Below, in pieces: positions 13,715 to 26,238 of a stretch of DNA of 64,000 nt (position 1 is its first letter; each line of letters begins with the position of its first letter). A model generated the notes under the pieces. It ran no database searches. It worked only from the letters and a program-made list of their open reading frames with translations, and had not been told where the DNA came from. The stretch lies in assembly GCA_030704615.1 (NCBI GenBank), contig CM060731.1, forward strand, positions 22,382,001-22,446,000, given 5' to 3'. Both the position numbers and the translations under genes were made by a program. This stretch comes from Takakia lepidozioides. Taxonomy: Eukaryota; Plantae; Bryophyta.

Positions 13715-16700
13715 CCAGGGTATGCACGGCAGGGATATGGGATGGAGGCCTTGGAGACCTATGAGCAAATGATGGGGGAAGCACATCGTGTTTGTGTGCA
13801 TTTGCAATGCTTGTGCAAGCCTGGCAGCCCTGGAGAAGGGCAGTGGGTACATGGGGATATCATCAAAGCTGGAATTGTGCCAAATGTCAATCTGAACACT
13901 GCCCTGGCAGCTTTGGAAAAGGGGAAAGAGGTCCATGGTGTCATCTTCAGAGCTGGAATTGTATCAGATGTCATTCTGAACAATACCCTGGTGAACATGT
14001 TTGCAAAATGTGGGTGCATCTAGGATGCAAAGGGAGTGTTTGACACTATGGCTGAACGAGATGTGGTGTCGTGGAGTGCGATGCTTGCAGGGTATGCACG
14101 GCAGGAACGTGGGATGGAGGCTTTGGAGAGCTATGAGCAGATGATGGGGGAAGCACATCATGTTTGTGTGCATTTGCAATGTGCGTGCAAGCCTGACAGC
14201 CCTGGAGAAGGGCAAGAGGTGCATAGGGATATCATCAAAGCTGGAATTGTGCCAAATGTCAATCTGAACACTGCCCGGGCAGCTTTGGAAATGGGGAAAG
14301 AGGTGCATGGCGACATCTTCAGAGCTGGAATTGTACCAGATGTCATTCTGAACAATACCCTGGTGGACATGTTTGCAAAATGTGGGTGCATCTAGGATGC
14401 AAAGGGAGTGTTCAACACTATGGCTGAACGACATGTGGTGTCGTGGAGTGCGATATGATGTGCTTGCAGGGTATGCACAGCAGGGATGTGGAAAGGAGGC
14501 GTTGGAGAGCTATGAGCAAATGATGGGGGAAGCACATCATGTTTGTGTGCATTTGCAATGCTTGTGCAAGCCTGGCAACCGGCCTGGAGAAGGGCAAAGA
14601 GGTGCATGGGGATATCATCAAAGCTGGAATTGTACCAAATGTGAATCTAAACACTGCCCTAGCAGCTCTGGAAAAGGGGAAAGAGGTCCATGGCGACATC
14701 TTTAGAGCTGGAATTGTACCAAATGTCATTCTAAACCATACCCTGGTGGACATTTATGCAAAATGTGGGTGCATCTCCTGGACAAGGGCAAAGCGGTGCA
14801 TGGAGAATCATAAAAGCTGGAATTGTACCAAATGTCATTCTGAACCATACCCTGGTGGACATGTTTGCAAAATGTGGGTGCAAAGGGATCTAGGATCTAG
14901 GATGCAAAGGGAGTGTTCGACACTATGGCTGAACGAGATGTGGTGTCGTGGAGTGCGATGCTTGCAAGGTATGCACGCAAGGACGTGGGATGGAGGCTTT
15001 GGAGACCTATGAGCAAAGGATGGGGGATGCACATCATGTTTGTGTGCATTTGCAATTCTTGTGCAAGCCTGGCAGCCCTAGAGAAGGGCAAGAGGTGCAT
15101 GAGGATATCATCAAAGCTGGAATTGTGCCAAATGTCAATCTAAACACTGCCCTAGCAGCTTTGGAAAAGGGGAAAGAGGTCCATGGCGACATCTTCAGAG
15201 TTGGAATTGTACCAGATGTCATTATGAACAATACCCTGGTGAACATGTTTGCAAAATGTGGGATGCAAAGGGAGGCTGAACGAGATGTGGTGTCGTGGAG
15301 TGCAATGCTTGCAGGGTATGCACGGGAGGGACGTGGGATGGAGGCTTTGGAGAGCTATGAGCAAATGATGGGGGAAGCACATCATGTTTGTATGCATTTG
15401 CAATGCTTGTGCAAGCCTGGCAGCCGGCCTGGAGAAGGGCAAGAGGTGCATAGGGATATCATCAAAGCTGGAATTGTGCCAAATGTCAATCTGAACACTG
15501 CCCTGGCAGCTTAGGGGAAAGAGGTCCATGGCGACATCTTCAGAGTTGGAATTGTACCAGATGTCATTCTGAACAAAACCCTGGTGAACATGTTTGCAAA
15601 ATGTGGGTGCATCTAGGATGCAAAGGGAGTGTTCGACACTATGGCTGAACGAGATGTGGTGTCGTGGAGTGCGATGCTTGCATGGTATGCACGGCAGGGA
15701 CGTGGGATGGAGGCTTTGGAGAGCTATGAGCAAATGATGGGGGAAGGGGGGGGCACCTTCTTCAATAGCACAACGGCTACGAGTGGGTAGATGGTCAACT
15801 AGAAATAGCAATGGCAGCAGCGCAATTGATAGAACAAGGCCCACTGCTAATGAAGGTACCTTCTTCAACATATTTCACCTTGAATTCCCTTGCTATCAGA
15901 GTCGTCCCTAAGTACCCAAAAATAGGTAACAGATATGAGAAGAAGCTGTGGGATGAATACTTTTCTGACCCCAGCCACTGGTGGGACAACCGAGGCAAAA
16001 AGGTGAATGCCTGTCAGATTACAGAGTGTAGCAGATGCAATTGACCAGAGGAACTAGTGTGATAAGTTGAGTTGGGTGCAATTGCACTCTCCCTTTCCTC
16101 TCTGCTTCTGTTTGCTATTCAAAGGTAGGATTCCTGCCCTTAGTTTAAATTTCAGTCTGGTGCCGAGAGTGGGTAGACCCTTGAGGTCATCCATGATGTC
16201 CTCCCCCATGTCACAGACTGGAAACAAGTCCAGGGAAGTTTTCTCATTCTCATCAGACAATTTTCTGGAAACGGACACGGCTTTGGACACTACAGCCTCT
16301 AAGTCAGTAGGGTGGGCATTTGCTGGAACAATTCTAAAAGGAGAATGTTTGTCAGATTACCAGATGTCATTCTGAACACTGCCCCTGCCCTGGTGGACAT
16401 GTATGCCAAATGTGGGTGCATCGAGGATGCCAAGGGAGTGTTCAACACTATGGCTGAACGAGATGTGGTGTCGTGGAGTGCGATGCTTGCGGGGTATGCA
16501 CAGCAGGGGTGCGGGATGGAGGCTCCAACCTATGAGCAAATGATGGGGGAAGGGGTGAAGCCCGCCGACATAAGGTTTGTGTGTGTTTGCAGTGTGTCTG
16601 GCAGCCCTGGAAAAGGGCAAAGAGATCCCTGGTGACATGATCAAATCTGCAATTGTTCCAGATGTCATCCTGAACACTGCTCTGGTGGCCATGTATGCCA

Positions 16701-17040
16701 AATATGGTAGCATTGAGGATGCCAAGGGAGTGTTCAACACTATGGCTGAATGAGATGTGGTGTTGTGGAATGTGATGCTTGCAGGGTGTGCAGAGCAGGG
16801 GCGCTGTATGGGGCTTTGGAGACCTGAAAGCAAATGATGGGGGAAGGAGTGAAGTTCGACCACATCATGTTTGTGTGCGTTTGCAGTGCGTGTGCAAGCC
16901 TGGCAGCCCTGGAAAAGGGCATCGGAGGTGCATGGTTGCATCACCAAAGCTGGAAATGTACCAGATGGATCAATAGCTACAAGAAACCTGCATGGGTAGA
17001 TGGTCAACTAGAAGCCGCAATAGCAGCGGCACAATGATAA
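13715..17040 (+). pseudogene. Tandemly amplified, broken PLS-class PPR fragments (about 7 units, mostly about 350-370 bp)
   Basis: MAERDVVSWSAMLAGYA and VHGDIxKAGIVPxVILNNTLVxMFAKCG recur (markers at about 14051, 14423, 14928, 15275, 15643, 16453, 16746), with shared frameshifts and TAG stops. Confidence 0.9.
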
Positions 17041-17310
17041 ACTCAGGCACTGGTAATGAAGGCACCTTCTTCAACACATTTCACCCTATTTTTCCCTCTT
17101 ATCAGAATCGGCCCTAAATTTTCATGTTGAATTCTGCAAGTTAGCTGGTTGAGTGAGCCTTTGATAGTTTGAAGCGACTTTGACATGGTACTGCCAAAAT
17201 GTGACAACAGGGAAGTATCCAGAAACAGGTAACAGTTGAGATGAGGAGAAGCTGTGGAATGAATACTTTTCTGACCCCAGTCAATGGTGGGACAACCGAG
17301 GCAAAAACTT
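15780..17310 (+). pseudogene. Two fragments resembling the PDF motif of organellar ssDNA-binding (OSB) proteins, joined to the PPR fragments
   Basis: KLWDEYFSDPSHWWDNRGKK (about 15940-16000) and KLWNEYFSDPSQWWDNRGK (about 17250-17305), each preceded by WVDGQLE; resembles WxxxxxNPxxWWDNRxxK...PxWVxxxL. Confidence 0.55.
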
Positions 17311-19985
17311 CATGAACTTAAGGCATGAGTGGCTGATTGTTTCATTTCAAACCTGATATGCTTTGAGCCTGGTTCCGGAGATTTATCTCCAGACCTGCAA
17401 TCTACTTTTGTGATGAGTTTACAATCTGCATATATGGTGGTAAATGTTATATATCAAACCAAGGTTCTTTCCTAAATGTGAATGACCTGGAAACCTTGTT
17501 AGAAAGATGAATGGCTTACGAATTGGACTATGTATGGCTTGACCCATGGATTAAATTTCAAAGGGTTAGAACATGTGTTAGGGTTTTAATACTGAATGGA
17601 TGTGGGACATTGCTAGGGCGCCAGAGCATGACATTCCATGCATTCACGCCATTGGATGCCAAACTTTTTTTGGCACGTTGGACCAAGGTTTGTATGCGTT
17701 CACGAACTGCCGACCTTGCTCGTTGCCCGGTTGACCTTGTTTTCCATAATTGCTAACTTTGTGGGGGTGGAGGGGCTTGTGTTAGGCTGCAACTGGATGC
17801 ATTGATGGCAATGATGTTGGGAATGTCAGCAACCGCCCCTCCTCCAATTACTATCCCAATATGTACTGTTATTGAACCTTGCGATTCTGACGCAGGCTTG
17901 GGACGCAGACTTTTATCATGGCTGGATTTTGTTGACAATGTTCCAGCACTTACTCTCTGGGATTCTATTATATTTTGTGGAGGTTGAATCCCCAATGGTA
18001 TTTCTTTCACTACACTAGTGGTATGTGTTCCTCTAGTCATGTTCCTAATCACTTGCACATCACTGTAATAGTGGTATAATTTAAAACTGTGGGAGTAGCC
18101 AAATGCACACAATTGCCCACATTACCACTCATATAGTGGTATAAGTAATCACCTATATATTACTGTATTAGTGGTATGGATTCCTCCAGTGGTATTCCTA
18201 ATCACTTACACACCACTCTGTTAGTAATCACTCCAATCCATAGTTCCCACTCAGAGAGACACCATGGATGTTTCCAACAGCTTACATACCACTCTGTGGG
18301 TAATCATTCCAATGACCTGCGGAGAGACATCATCCACTCACATAACCACGCTGTGAATGATATTGTATATTCTCAGATTTCATAGAATGACTATATGAGT
18401 TATTTCGTGATCAGTCAACGAGTGGTTTCGGAAGTCATTGAATTTTTCACTCCATCCATTTTGTAGCACTGACACACGACACGTGTCCATGCTGAGAGTG
18501 TCGCCATGTGTCGACATAATCTCCAATATCATCCACGGACCACCGGCTTACACGTATCCACTGCAAAACGGAAGTCATTACTTTACCACTATGACACATC
18601 AGTTTACCACTGTGACACGTCATAAGTGGTTAGTTTACCTCTATGACACGTCATTGACATGTCACAGCGGTTAATTTACCACTGTGACACGTCAGCTAAC
18701 AGGTGGACCCGGACGTGAGTGGTTTGAACCACTGTCCTTAACCACTAGTGCCACGTAATGTCTTTTACCACTCACTTGTCATAATCCACTGGTTCTTCAT
18801 CACTTTGGGGCCAGAGTGGTTTAGTGTCTTTATCACTCATAACGAGTGGTTAATAGAGTGGTTATTCCACGTTTTTCTTCTAGTGCGGACAACACGAGCC
18901 ATCTTTGATCCATGATGGTATTGGAGGACGTGAGCACTCCACCCGCTTGTTGTCGAACAAGTGAGATGACATTTGTGTCTCACTAGAATCCTACTCCTCC
19001 TCCATTTCAAATTCCCAAATTATGCTCTCATTGCCTCTACCAACTCTATGTTCACAACGGTCAAATATGCCATGTAAATCACCCCACACCGTGAATGAGT
19101 CAAACTCGGATGTATGGCGGACACGTCTTGGCATGTTCTTTCTGAACCTCTTCTGATGCCAAAGTTCTCGCTCACATGACCCACTCCGTCCACCTCTCTT
19201 CACGTGGCACAAACCTTTTGAGGTCTACTACCCTGGCCAGCCGATTTGCAGTCACCCTTGCGGTATAACGTTTCTTAATGAGATTTTCCACAACAATTGT
19301 TGTGTCGGATTGAATAGTTGTTCCCGGACACTCAACCCTCACCACCATAGGCTCCTTGCCTTTTGTCCTCTGTTCACATTCAAGCCTTGCATCCTGTGCA
19401 ACAGCAAATGACGACCAGGGCGGGCTAAGAATATCATAAGTGAATTCTGCAATGACATCGTCGACCAATATTAAGGACTGTCTCTCCAATTCCTCTATTT
19501 GACGCCTTTGCCTATTCACCATGTCCTCCAACTCCGCGATACGTCGGTCTTTGGCTTGCAATTCGTTTTCCAACAAAGGCTGTGCTGCAGTTGCTTCAGG
19601 TGCATTCAATACGGGTTGGGACGATAGCAGTGCTACTGTTGCTGCAGGTGCATTCAACTCACGTTGGGGTGATGGTAGTGCTACTGTTGCTGCAGCTACA
19701 TTCAACTGGCTTTGGGGCTGGGGCTCATATGGGTCGGGGATATCGCCAAGGGTGTATTGCTTCACTCATTTTCGTTTTGTGGCTGTCTGCCAATCCAAAC
19801 GCCTATGCAAAACAACCTCAACATACACCATGGCTGCCAATGTATATGGTATGGAGTTTCGGTACAACTTTGGTTGTCCCCACAATGTCTTGTATACATC
19901 TTCGGCCTTCTGGCGAGAATGTGCATTTGTGCAAGTTGGGGCGTCGCAGCAATTATTCCGAGTGTGTATCTAATGCCTTCGCCTG

Positions 19986-21534
19986 GGGGGTTGCTACATT
20001 GTGAGCCTGGAGGCGTGAGCCTGTGAGCACAGGAGCCCGTGAGCCCAACATAGGCTCATGCCACGTCATCTTTAAATTTCGAACTTACAGGGTGTATTTC
20101 CGCGGAAGGTGCATATAGCCGCGGATTGACTTACCCTTTTCAGTCACGAAGTGAGAGAGAATGAGAGTGCTGTTTACATGAAGCTTTTTTACCAGTCCAA
20201 ACGTAGAGAAAACCAGGTGACAGTCTTTTCTGAACTTCCATTGTGTGTTCTCTTCCCTCCATTTCACTGATGCTCTCTTTACAATGCAGATCCCCAGACC
20301 CAAAAGTTAGCGGAGTGAAGTTGAAGCTTGGACACGTGAAAATCGCCCACATGGAATAGTGTGATTTAGATGTGGCGTACATACTAAGCCCTTGCATGTT
20401 TGGAAATAGATGAATGTCATTGTGTTTGAATGAAACATTCTGCGGGATGGCTAGGATGAAATCAATGTATGTGGTTTGACTTGACACAAGATAATGCACT
20501 TTTGGCAGGTTCCCACACAGATGTCCTAAAAAGTAGTTTGCGGCACTCACACACGTTTTGTTTTTCTTGTTCCCACGTAGATGCCCTGAAAGTAGTGTGC
20601 GGCACCGCACATTCCTTTCAGGGCATCTGCGGTGCACGTTTTCTCTGCAGCTGCCCACCTCACACACGGGATTTTATTTTTTTATTTTATTTTTTCCGTT
20701 CCCACGCAGATGCCCTGAAAACAGTGTGCGGCACCGCACACTGTTTTCAGGATATCTGCGGTGAACGTTTTCTCTACAGATGCCCATCCCATACACAATT
20801 TTATTTTATTATTATTATTATTTTTGTTTCCACGCATATGCCCGGAAAATAGTGTGCGGCACCGCACACTATTTTCAAGGCATCTGCGGTGTTTTTCTTT
20901 CCCTGCAGCTGCCCATCCCACACACGTTTTGTTTTGTTTTTTTTTTGTTTTTTTTTCCGCTGTTCCCACGCAGATGCCCTGAAAACAATGTGCGGTGCCT
21001 GAAAACAGTGTGTGGCACACTGTTTTCAGGACATCTGCGGTGCACGTTTTCTCTGCAGCTGCCCATCCCACACACACATTTTTTCTTTTTTTGCCTAACA
21101 AGTACACCGGCTTAGAACACTCTCTCAAAAGACAAGAAAGGACCTGCAGATGAGGGAAGAGGCAAAGGAAAGGGGAAGGGGAAATGAACCCATATGTGTC
21201 TCTTTTCATTGTCGGCTTGTTTGCAATATGCAGCTTAAGTTTGCAGACAGCACAACGTTGTAGTCAATGAGTCTCTTTTCATTGTCGGTTTGTTTGGAAT
21301 ATGCAGCATAAGTCGACAAACTGTAAATGCCCATTTCCACAGTTATAGGTCCCTTGGGTATAGGTATCATATCTTTCGCCAAATGTGTTATGACATTTGC
21401 TGACATGGCGGACGCTCACGCTTACGTGGCGTGAACGCTACGTCATACAGAGGGAGCCTGGGCTCACGCTACGTCAGCCAAGCGTGAGCTCAACTCCCAG
21501 GCTCATGGGGCGGGCTCATGACCTAGCTGCCCTC
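19986..21534. mobile_element. Non-autonomous Mutator-like element (MULE) with an internal tandem hairpin array
   Basis: Termini GGGGGTTGCTA.. / GAGGGCAGCTA..; TGAGCC subterminal repeats; 9-bp TSD CTTCGCCTG/CTTGGCATG (7/9). Excision restores WPMPRH*IHTRNNC, the same length as WPLERHAVQTRQNC in gene B. Confidence 0.8.
20510..21080. repeat. About 128-bp tandem repeat, each unit a long hairpin centred on AGTGTGCG-GCAC-CGCACACT
   Basis: Consensus GCAGATGCCCTGAAAACAGTGTGCG-GCAC-CGCACACTGTTTTCAGGGCATCTGC; units at about 20580, 20705, 20835, 20970, separated by T-rich linkers. Confidence 0.85.
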
Positions 21535-22344
21535 CTTGGCATGGGCCACAAACGGTTTATGTGACACATTTTCACGAATTTTTTACACATCCCCATAGTC
21601 CACAGTTTGTCCTCCGGAATAGCATCCCATCCGTCGGCCGCTTGAATTTCCGGCCTATCGTAAACGTCCCAGTTGAGGTCTTGTTTCTTTCCTTTGGCAC
21701 CTCTCTTCCTTGCGGGGCCTGGTTCGACATTGAATACTAATCAAATCGTTGTTTATGACACGAGGGCCGGGGGTGGGATGAATGTAAAAGATGTCATGTG
21801 CAACAAGGCCTTGCTGCTGCTACTCTAGTGGGCACATATCATTTGGCCTTGGAGTATCTCATGCATCAATACGGATAGCAAGGGGCTTGTTGTGTGAGTT
21901 GTTGGTGTCACTTCCAAAAAAAAAAAATGTGCTTTCAAATGAATGCATATTTGAAGTCTGAAGTGCCTCCTCTCGGTGCCTACGCCGTTGCCCCCCCTCC
22001 TCCGTCATTTTTATAACGTTCATAATATTATATAGCCTTTACAAAACTCTAATTTATTTCTATATGATGTAAAGGCCTAGTGTACCTACTCCAGTCACCT
22101 CGTTTGACCGAAACTCACCAATTTCAGCAAAATCACAGTAAACTGTAACACATCACAAGGGGGGGCCAACTCCGAAATACACAAAGATCTATTTAGTCCC
22201 CACCTAATGAATTGAGAAAATGGGTTTGGAAGCCAAAGATGGGATGTGGGGGTAGGAAAAAGCCCACAATTTTAGAAAAATCGGAGACAAAACCTCCCCC
22301 TCCGTGTCAATGGCTTCCCTCTTTCTCTAACTCCGCGTGAAGCT

Positions 22345-23035
22345 TGTGAGAAGGCATGTCCAACACTCTCGCAAAGATTCGAAGCAATCAAAAATCATTT
22401 GAACAGTTCACGATGGGTTCACCCTTTCAATCAAATTTGCTTCACCTGATACTTGAGAGGACCTGTGACAACATATGTCCAACACACTCGCAAAGAATGA
22501 AAGCAATAAAAAATCATTTGAACAGCGAACGATGGGTTCACCCTTTGAATCAATTTTGATTGACTTGATACTTGAGAGGTGTCTGTGACAAGGTCTGTCC
22601 AACACACTCGCAAAGATTGAAAACAAACAAAAATCATTTGAACAGCGAACGATGGGTTCACCCTTTCAATCAATTTTGATTGACCTGATACTTGACAGGT
22701 CCCTCTGATAAGGTATGTGGAATACACTCGCAAAGACTAAAAGCAATCCAAAATCATTTGAACAGCAAACGATGGGTTCACCCTCTGAACCAATTTTGAT
22801 TGACCTCATACTTGAGAGAAGCCTGTGAGAAGGCATGTCCAACATTCTCGCAAAGATTCGAAGCAATCAAAATTCATTTGAACAGTTCACGATGGGTTCA
22901 CCCTTTCAATCAAATTTGCTTCACCTGATACTTGAGAGGACCTGTGACAAGATATGTCCAACACACTCACAAAGAATAAAAGCAATAAAAATTCACTTGA
23001 ACAACGAACGATGAGTTCACCCTTTCAATCAATTT
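22345..23035 (-). repeat. Second array of the 120-bp repeat (about 6 units), inverted relative to the first
   Basis: Reverse complement of the 2140-4505 unit; tccaacac-type markers about every 120 bp. Confidence 0.93.
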
Positions 23036-23039
23036 CTAC

Positions 23040-23645
23040 GCGGTTGCCGGTGGGGGGCCTCGGGACCGCTCGGCTCCCAGTCCCTATCGTTTTTTTTTTT
23101 TCCCTTTTTATTTGTACCCCTGCGGCTACCGTTGTGGCGGTCGTCGGTTGGGGGCTCGGGACCGCGAGACTTTCTTAAAATTTGTTTACCCATTCAGCGG
23201 TCCTCTTTTTTTGGTTTTTTTTTAATTAAAGAAACCCAGGAGGCGACTGTTGTGGCGGTCGCTGATTGGGGGCTCGGAACCGCGAGATTGGCGGTCCGCA
23301 CCTTTTTTCTCTTTAATGTTTCCACTTGGTTTTTTACCCATGAGGCGACCGCTTTGGCGGTCAGCGATTGGGGGCTCGGGACCGCCAGACTGGCGGTCCC
23401 CACCTTTTCCTTTTGTTTCCTTTTGTTTTTTTTTACCCATGAGGCAACCGCTGCGGCGGTCGCCGTTTTGGGGCTCGCTCCTGGCCGTGTGTGTGTGTGT
23501 TGGGGGGCTGCCAGGCGACCGCTATAGTGGCGGTTGCCACCATCGCCACGTCACCCAACACACAGGCGACTGCCGCTGTGGCGGTCGCCGGACGTCATGT
23601 GCCCCATAGGCGACCGCCATTGTGGCGGTCGCCCGTCTTGCCTAA
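23040..23645. repeat. GGCGACCG/GCGGTC motif cluster 3, upstream of accessory gene B
   Basis: Repeated GGCGGTCG..GGGGCTCGGGACCGC units and GGCGACCG motifs. Confidence 0.7.
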
Positions 23646-24036
23646 AGGAGGGTAGGCCCCTCTTCACTTTCACTCCAAGCTCAGCTTTGTTGTCCTCGGA
23701 TGCGTGGCATTCGTGGAAGAGAGTTCGCTAGGAGGGGCCCATGGAAAGGGGTCATGAAGTTTTGCCTTTTCTTCCATGGAAACCGCTGGTAAACCTTTGA
23801 ACCCTTTTCACTGGATTTAAACTATTTTTCAAATGTTGTGTCGTGTAGTTGAAGAGATGCAAGTAGTGAAAAGGGGAGACAAATGGGTCAAGCCTCCCGA
23901 GTGTCGACATAGCTACCACATATGTAAATATATTTTGTAAGTATGATCATGGTGGTGGTAGTCACAAATGATCACTACAGAGTATTGTTTTGGTTCTGTG
24001 CAGGGCAATATTGAAGGGTTGTGAATACAAGCACGC

Positions 24037-26238
24037 ATGACATTCCCCTCAAAATGGCTGAAAGAAGCGAAGATGGGCGTCCTGTACCCCAACATATTGG
24101 ACCTGAGCACTGAGCAGGCAAGCAACAAATCTTATCGCAAAGGTGTAAGGCAACAATTGAACAGCGAAATTTCACAAAATTGGGATGTTCTGGCCGAAGA
24201 GGGTTGGGAGGACTTTCCTTTGAATTGTAAGTGGACATGGTTTCGATGCACAAAATACGTGAAAATGCATCATATAAACCGTTTGTGGCCTTTGGAAAGA
24301 CATGCTGTGCAAACGAGGCAAAATTGTTTGGAATTCGCTTCCTGCATGGACGAATATTTTTGGCATAGGGCACGTGAGGTGAGCCTTAAATTGTGGGGCG
24401 AGGAGTTGTACAAAAAGCAAATTAACTACACCTTAGCAGCTATGGTGTATGTAGAGCTTGTTTTGTACAGAGTTGTGGATTGACAAACCGCCACAAAGAG
24501 GAAGAAGCCAAAAGTATGGCCTGGTAGTGACATTCTCGACACTTTTGTGCAACAGCTTCAACCCACGGAGCAAGTGCAAGGTAAGTCTGCATTGTTGGAG
24601 CATGAGGCTTCAACGCTCGAATCAATGCAACCAAGTCTCATGAAAGAATTGGCCACACGAGACCGTCGAATCAAAGAATTGGAGGAGCTCGTTGAAAAGC
24701 AGAGGAAACAAATACTGGACTTGCAAATGAAAGTGGAATCAACTTGTCATTCCGTCGATGTTCATAATTGTACCGCACCAGTCATCCATAGAACTGCCAA
24801 CTATAAGCAATTCATACTGAAGGGAGCTAAGGGGTAAGAGAAATGGTCATGGCAGATTCTGAAGCCGGGCCGATACCCGGGTATATGGAATAAATTGTGC
24901 CAAAGGAGCAACAAATTGTGAATGAAAGAAGTCGGAAAGGGAAAGAGGTCATGTTTGAATCTGGAGAATGTTCGAGGACAACCGTTCACATTGATTATTT
25001 TGGTGAATTGTATGAGGTGGTAAGGAGCAGGATACTGCTAGGGCGGTTGCCTCCCGTTTGGCGCACGATATGGACATTCTGAGGTATGTACCAGGGGTTG
25101 GGCACTGGGAAAATTGGGTGTGGTTTGGAAATTTTTTGGCATCACGAGTAAGAGAAACGGAGTGGGCGTTGTCTCAACTGCAAGAGATTGCAGGTATGCC
25201 AGGCGGCCTTTATCGGAACAACATTACTGCTAACTTGGAGAGTTATAACAATTATATTCGCAATAAGGAGAACTTGCAGTTCACTGGGTTCAGCCTCTGG
25301 GCTGATGTAGAAGAAATGTTTAACCGTTGTTCGCACACAATTTCTAATACCAACATGAGCATTAACTAGGAACTGGAGATTGAGGAAGAGTGGGATACGA
25401 GGCCACGAAAATCAGCCCATGTGAAACTCAATGATCGTACGGACCACAAAACCCTGTGCCTTCATTCATCACAGATGGATCAGTATGCACGATTTGTGAA
25501 AACCCCTTTGGACCACAGGGAGCACACATGCTTGAGTCTTGTGGGCATTTCTTCCACAACACATGTCTTATAACAGCTGCCCTTACTCGGAGTGCATGCC
25601 CAGAGTGCCATACGCCAATCCATCATCGATACTATGAATTGTATGGCTTGGAGGAGATCATGCCAATAGGGTATGAATACAACAGACACAACTTGCCAAT
25701 GGACCAAGAGCCTTTCTCGTTTCTCAATTTGCGGCATTGGGGTGAAGTCATGTTGTGGAATCCATATACAAGGATGCATGACCTACTTGCAGAGGATACA
25801 AGCAGAGAGTTCAACATGGATACATTCTGGGTCACATCAAACTGGGAAATCACAAAACGTGCGCGATGCATACCCAATGTTGAAGAAAGAGAGTTGTCTT
25901 GCCGGCATTTTGGAGGACATTGGAGTGAAAGAAAAGGTAGGTTCTTCCGAATGCCAGAGTCTCCTGTGACAGGGATGAATATGGAGAAATACGACAAACA
26001 ACCACTTGGGAGGATGTCATTTCAACTCACAATGAAAAGAGCATCCACAGAATATATACACCTCCTCGACGCATACAATGTCGATAGTACAGATGAAGAG
26101 GAGGAGGATGCAAAAGCGAGAGAGATGATGGATGAATATAAATCAACAATCAATTCAATGTTGAAGAACTGGAACATATTAGTGGATGCCCAGTTGCGTG
26201 GTCTCCTTATTGGCATTTGGCGGATGGCCCAACAATAA
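24037..26238 (+). pseudogene. hAT accessory gene B: unknown domain, coiled coil and RING-H2 (putative E3 ligase); several stops and frameshifts
   Basis: CTIC-x14-CGHFFHNTC-x10-CPEC RING-H2; ELATRDRRIKELEELVEKQRKQILDL coiled coil; paralogous to gene A. May start further upstream (about 23857). Confidence 0.8.

Larger units (their letters stand above)
11004..18885 (-). mobile_element. Non-autonomous CACTA (En/Spm) element carrying captured PPR/OSB-like fragments
   Basis: 29-bp TIRs CACTAGAGGAAAAACGCGGAATAACCACT / CACTAGAAGAAAAACGTGGAATAACCACT. Dense AACCACT/AGTGGTT subterminal repeats. Joining the flanks restores gene A with one extra codon, consistent with a decayed 3-bp TSD (AAG/CGG). Confidence 0.92.
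10172..21800 (-). pseudogene. hAT accessory gene A: unknown N-terminal domain, coiled coil and RING-H2 domain; split by CACTA and MULE insertions
   Basis: Colinear with gene B: CKKFVKMCHINRLWP, YTLAAMVYVEVVL, ELQAKDRRIAELE, and RING CGHMFHVTC...CPSC followed by RYYELFGLEDVMPIGYELNRHN. The 5' boundary is approximate. Confidence 0.8.

Noticed and set aside
19982-21538. Sola-type element with a 4-bp TSD (CCTG/CTTG)
   Set aside because: The 9-bp TSD model restores the host frame and the length of the paralogue; the 4-bp model does not.
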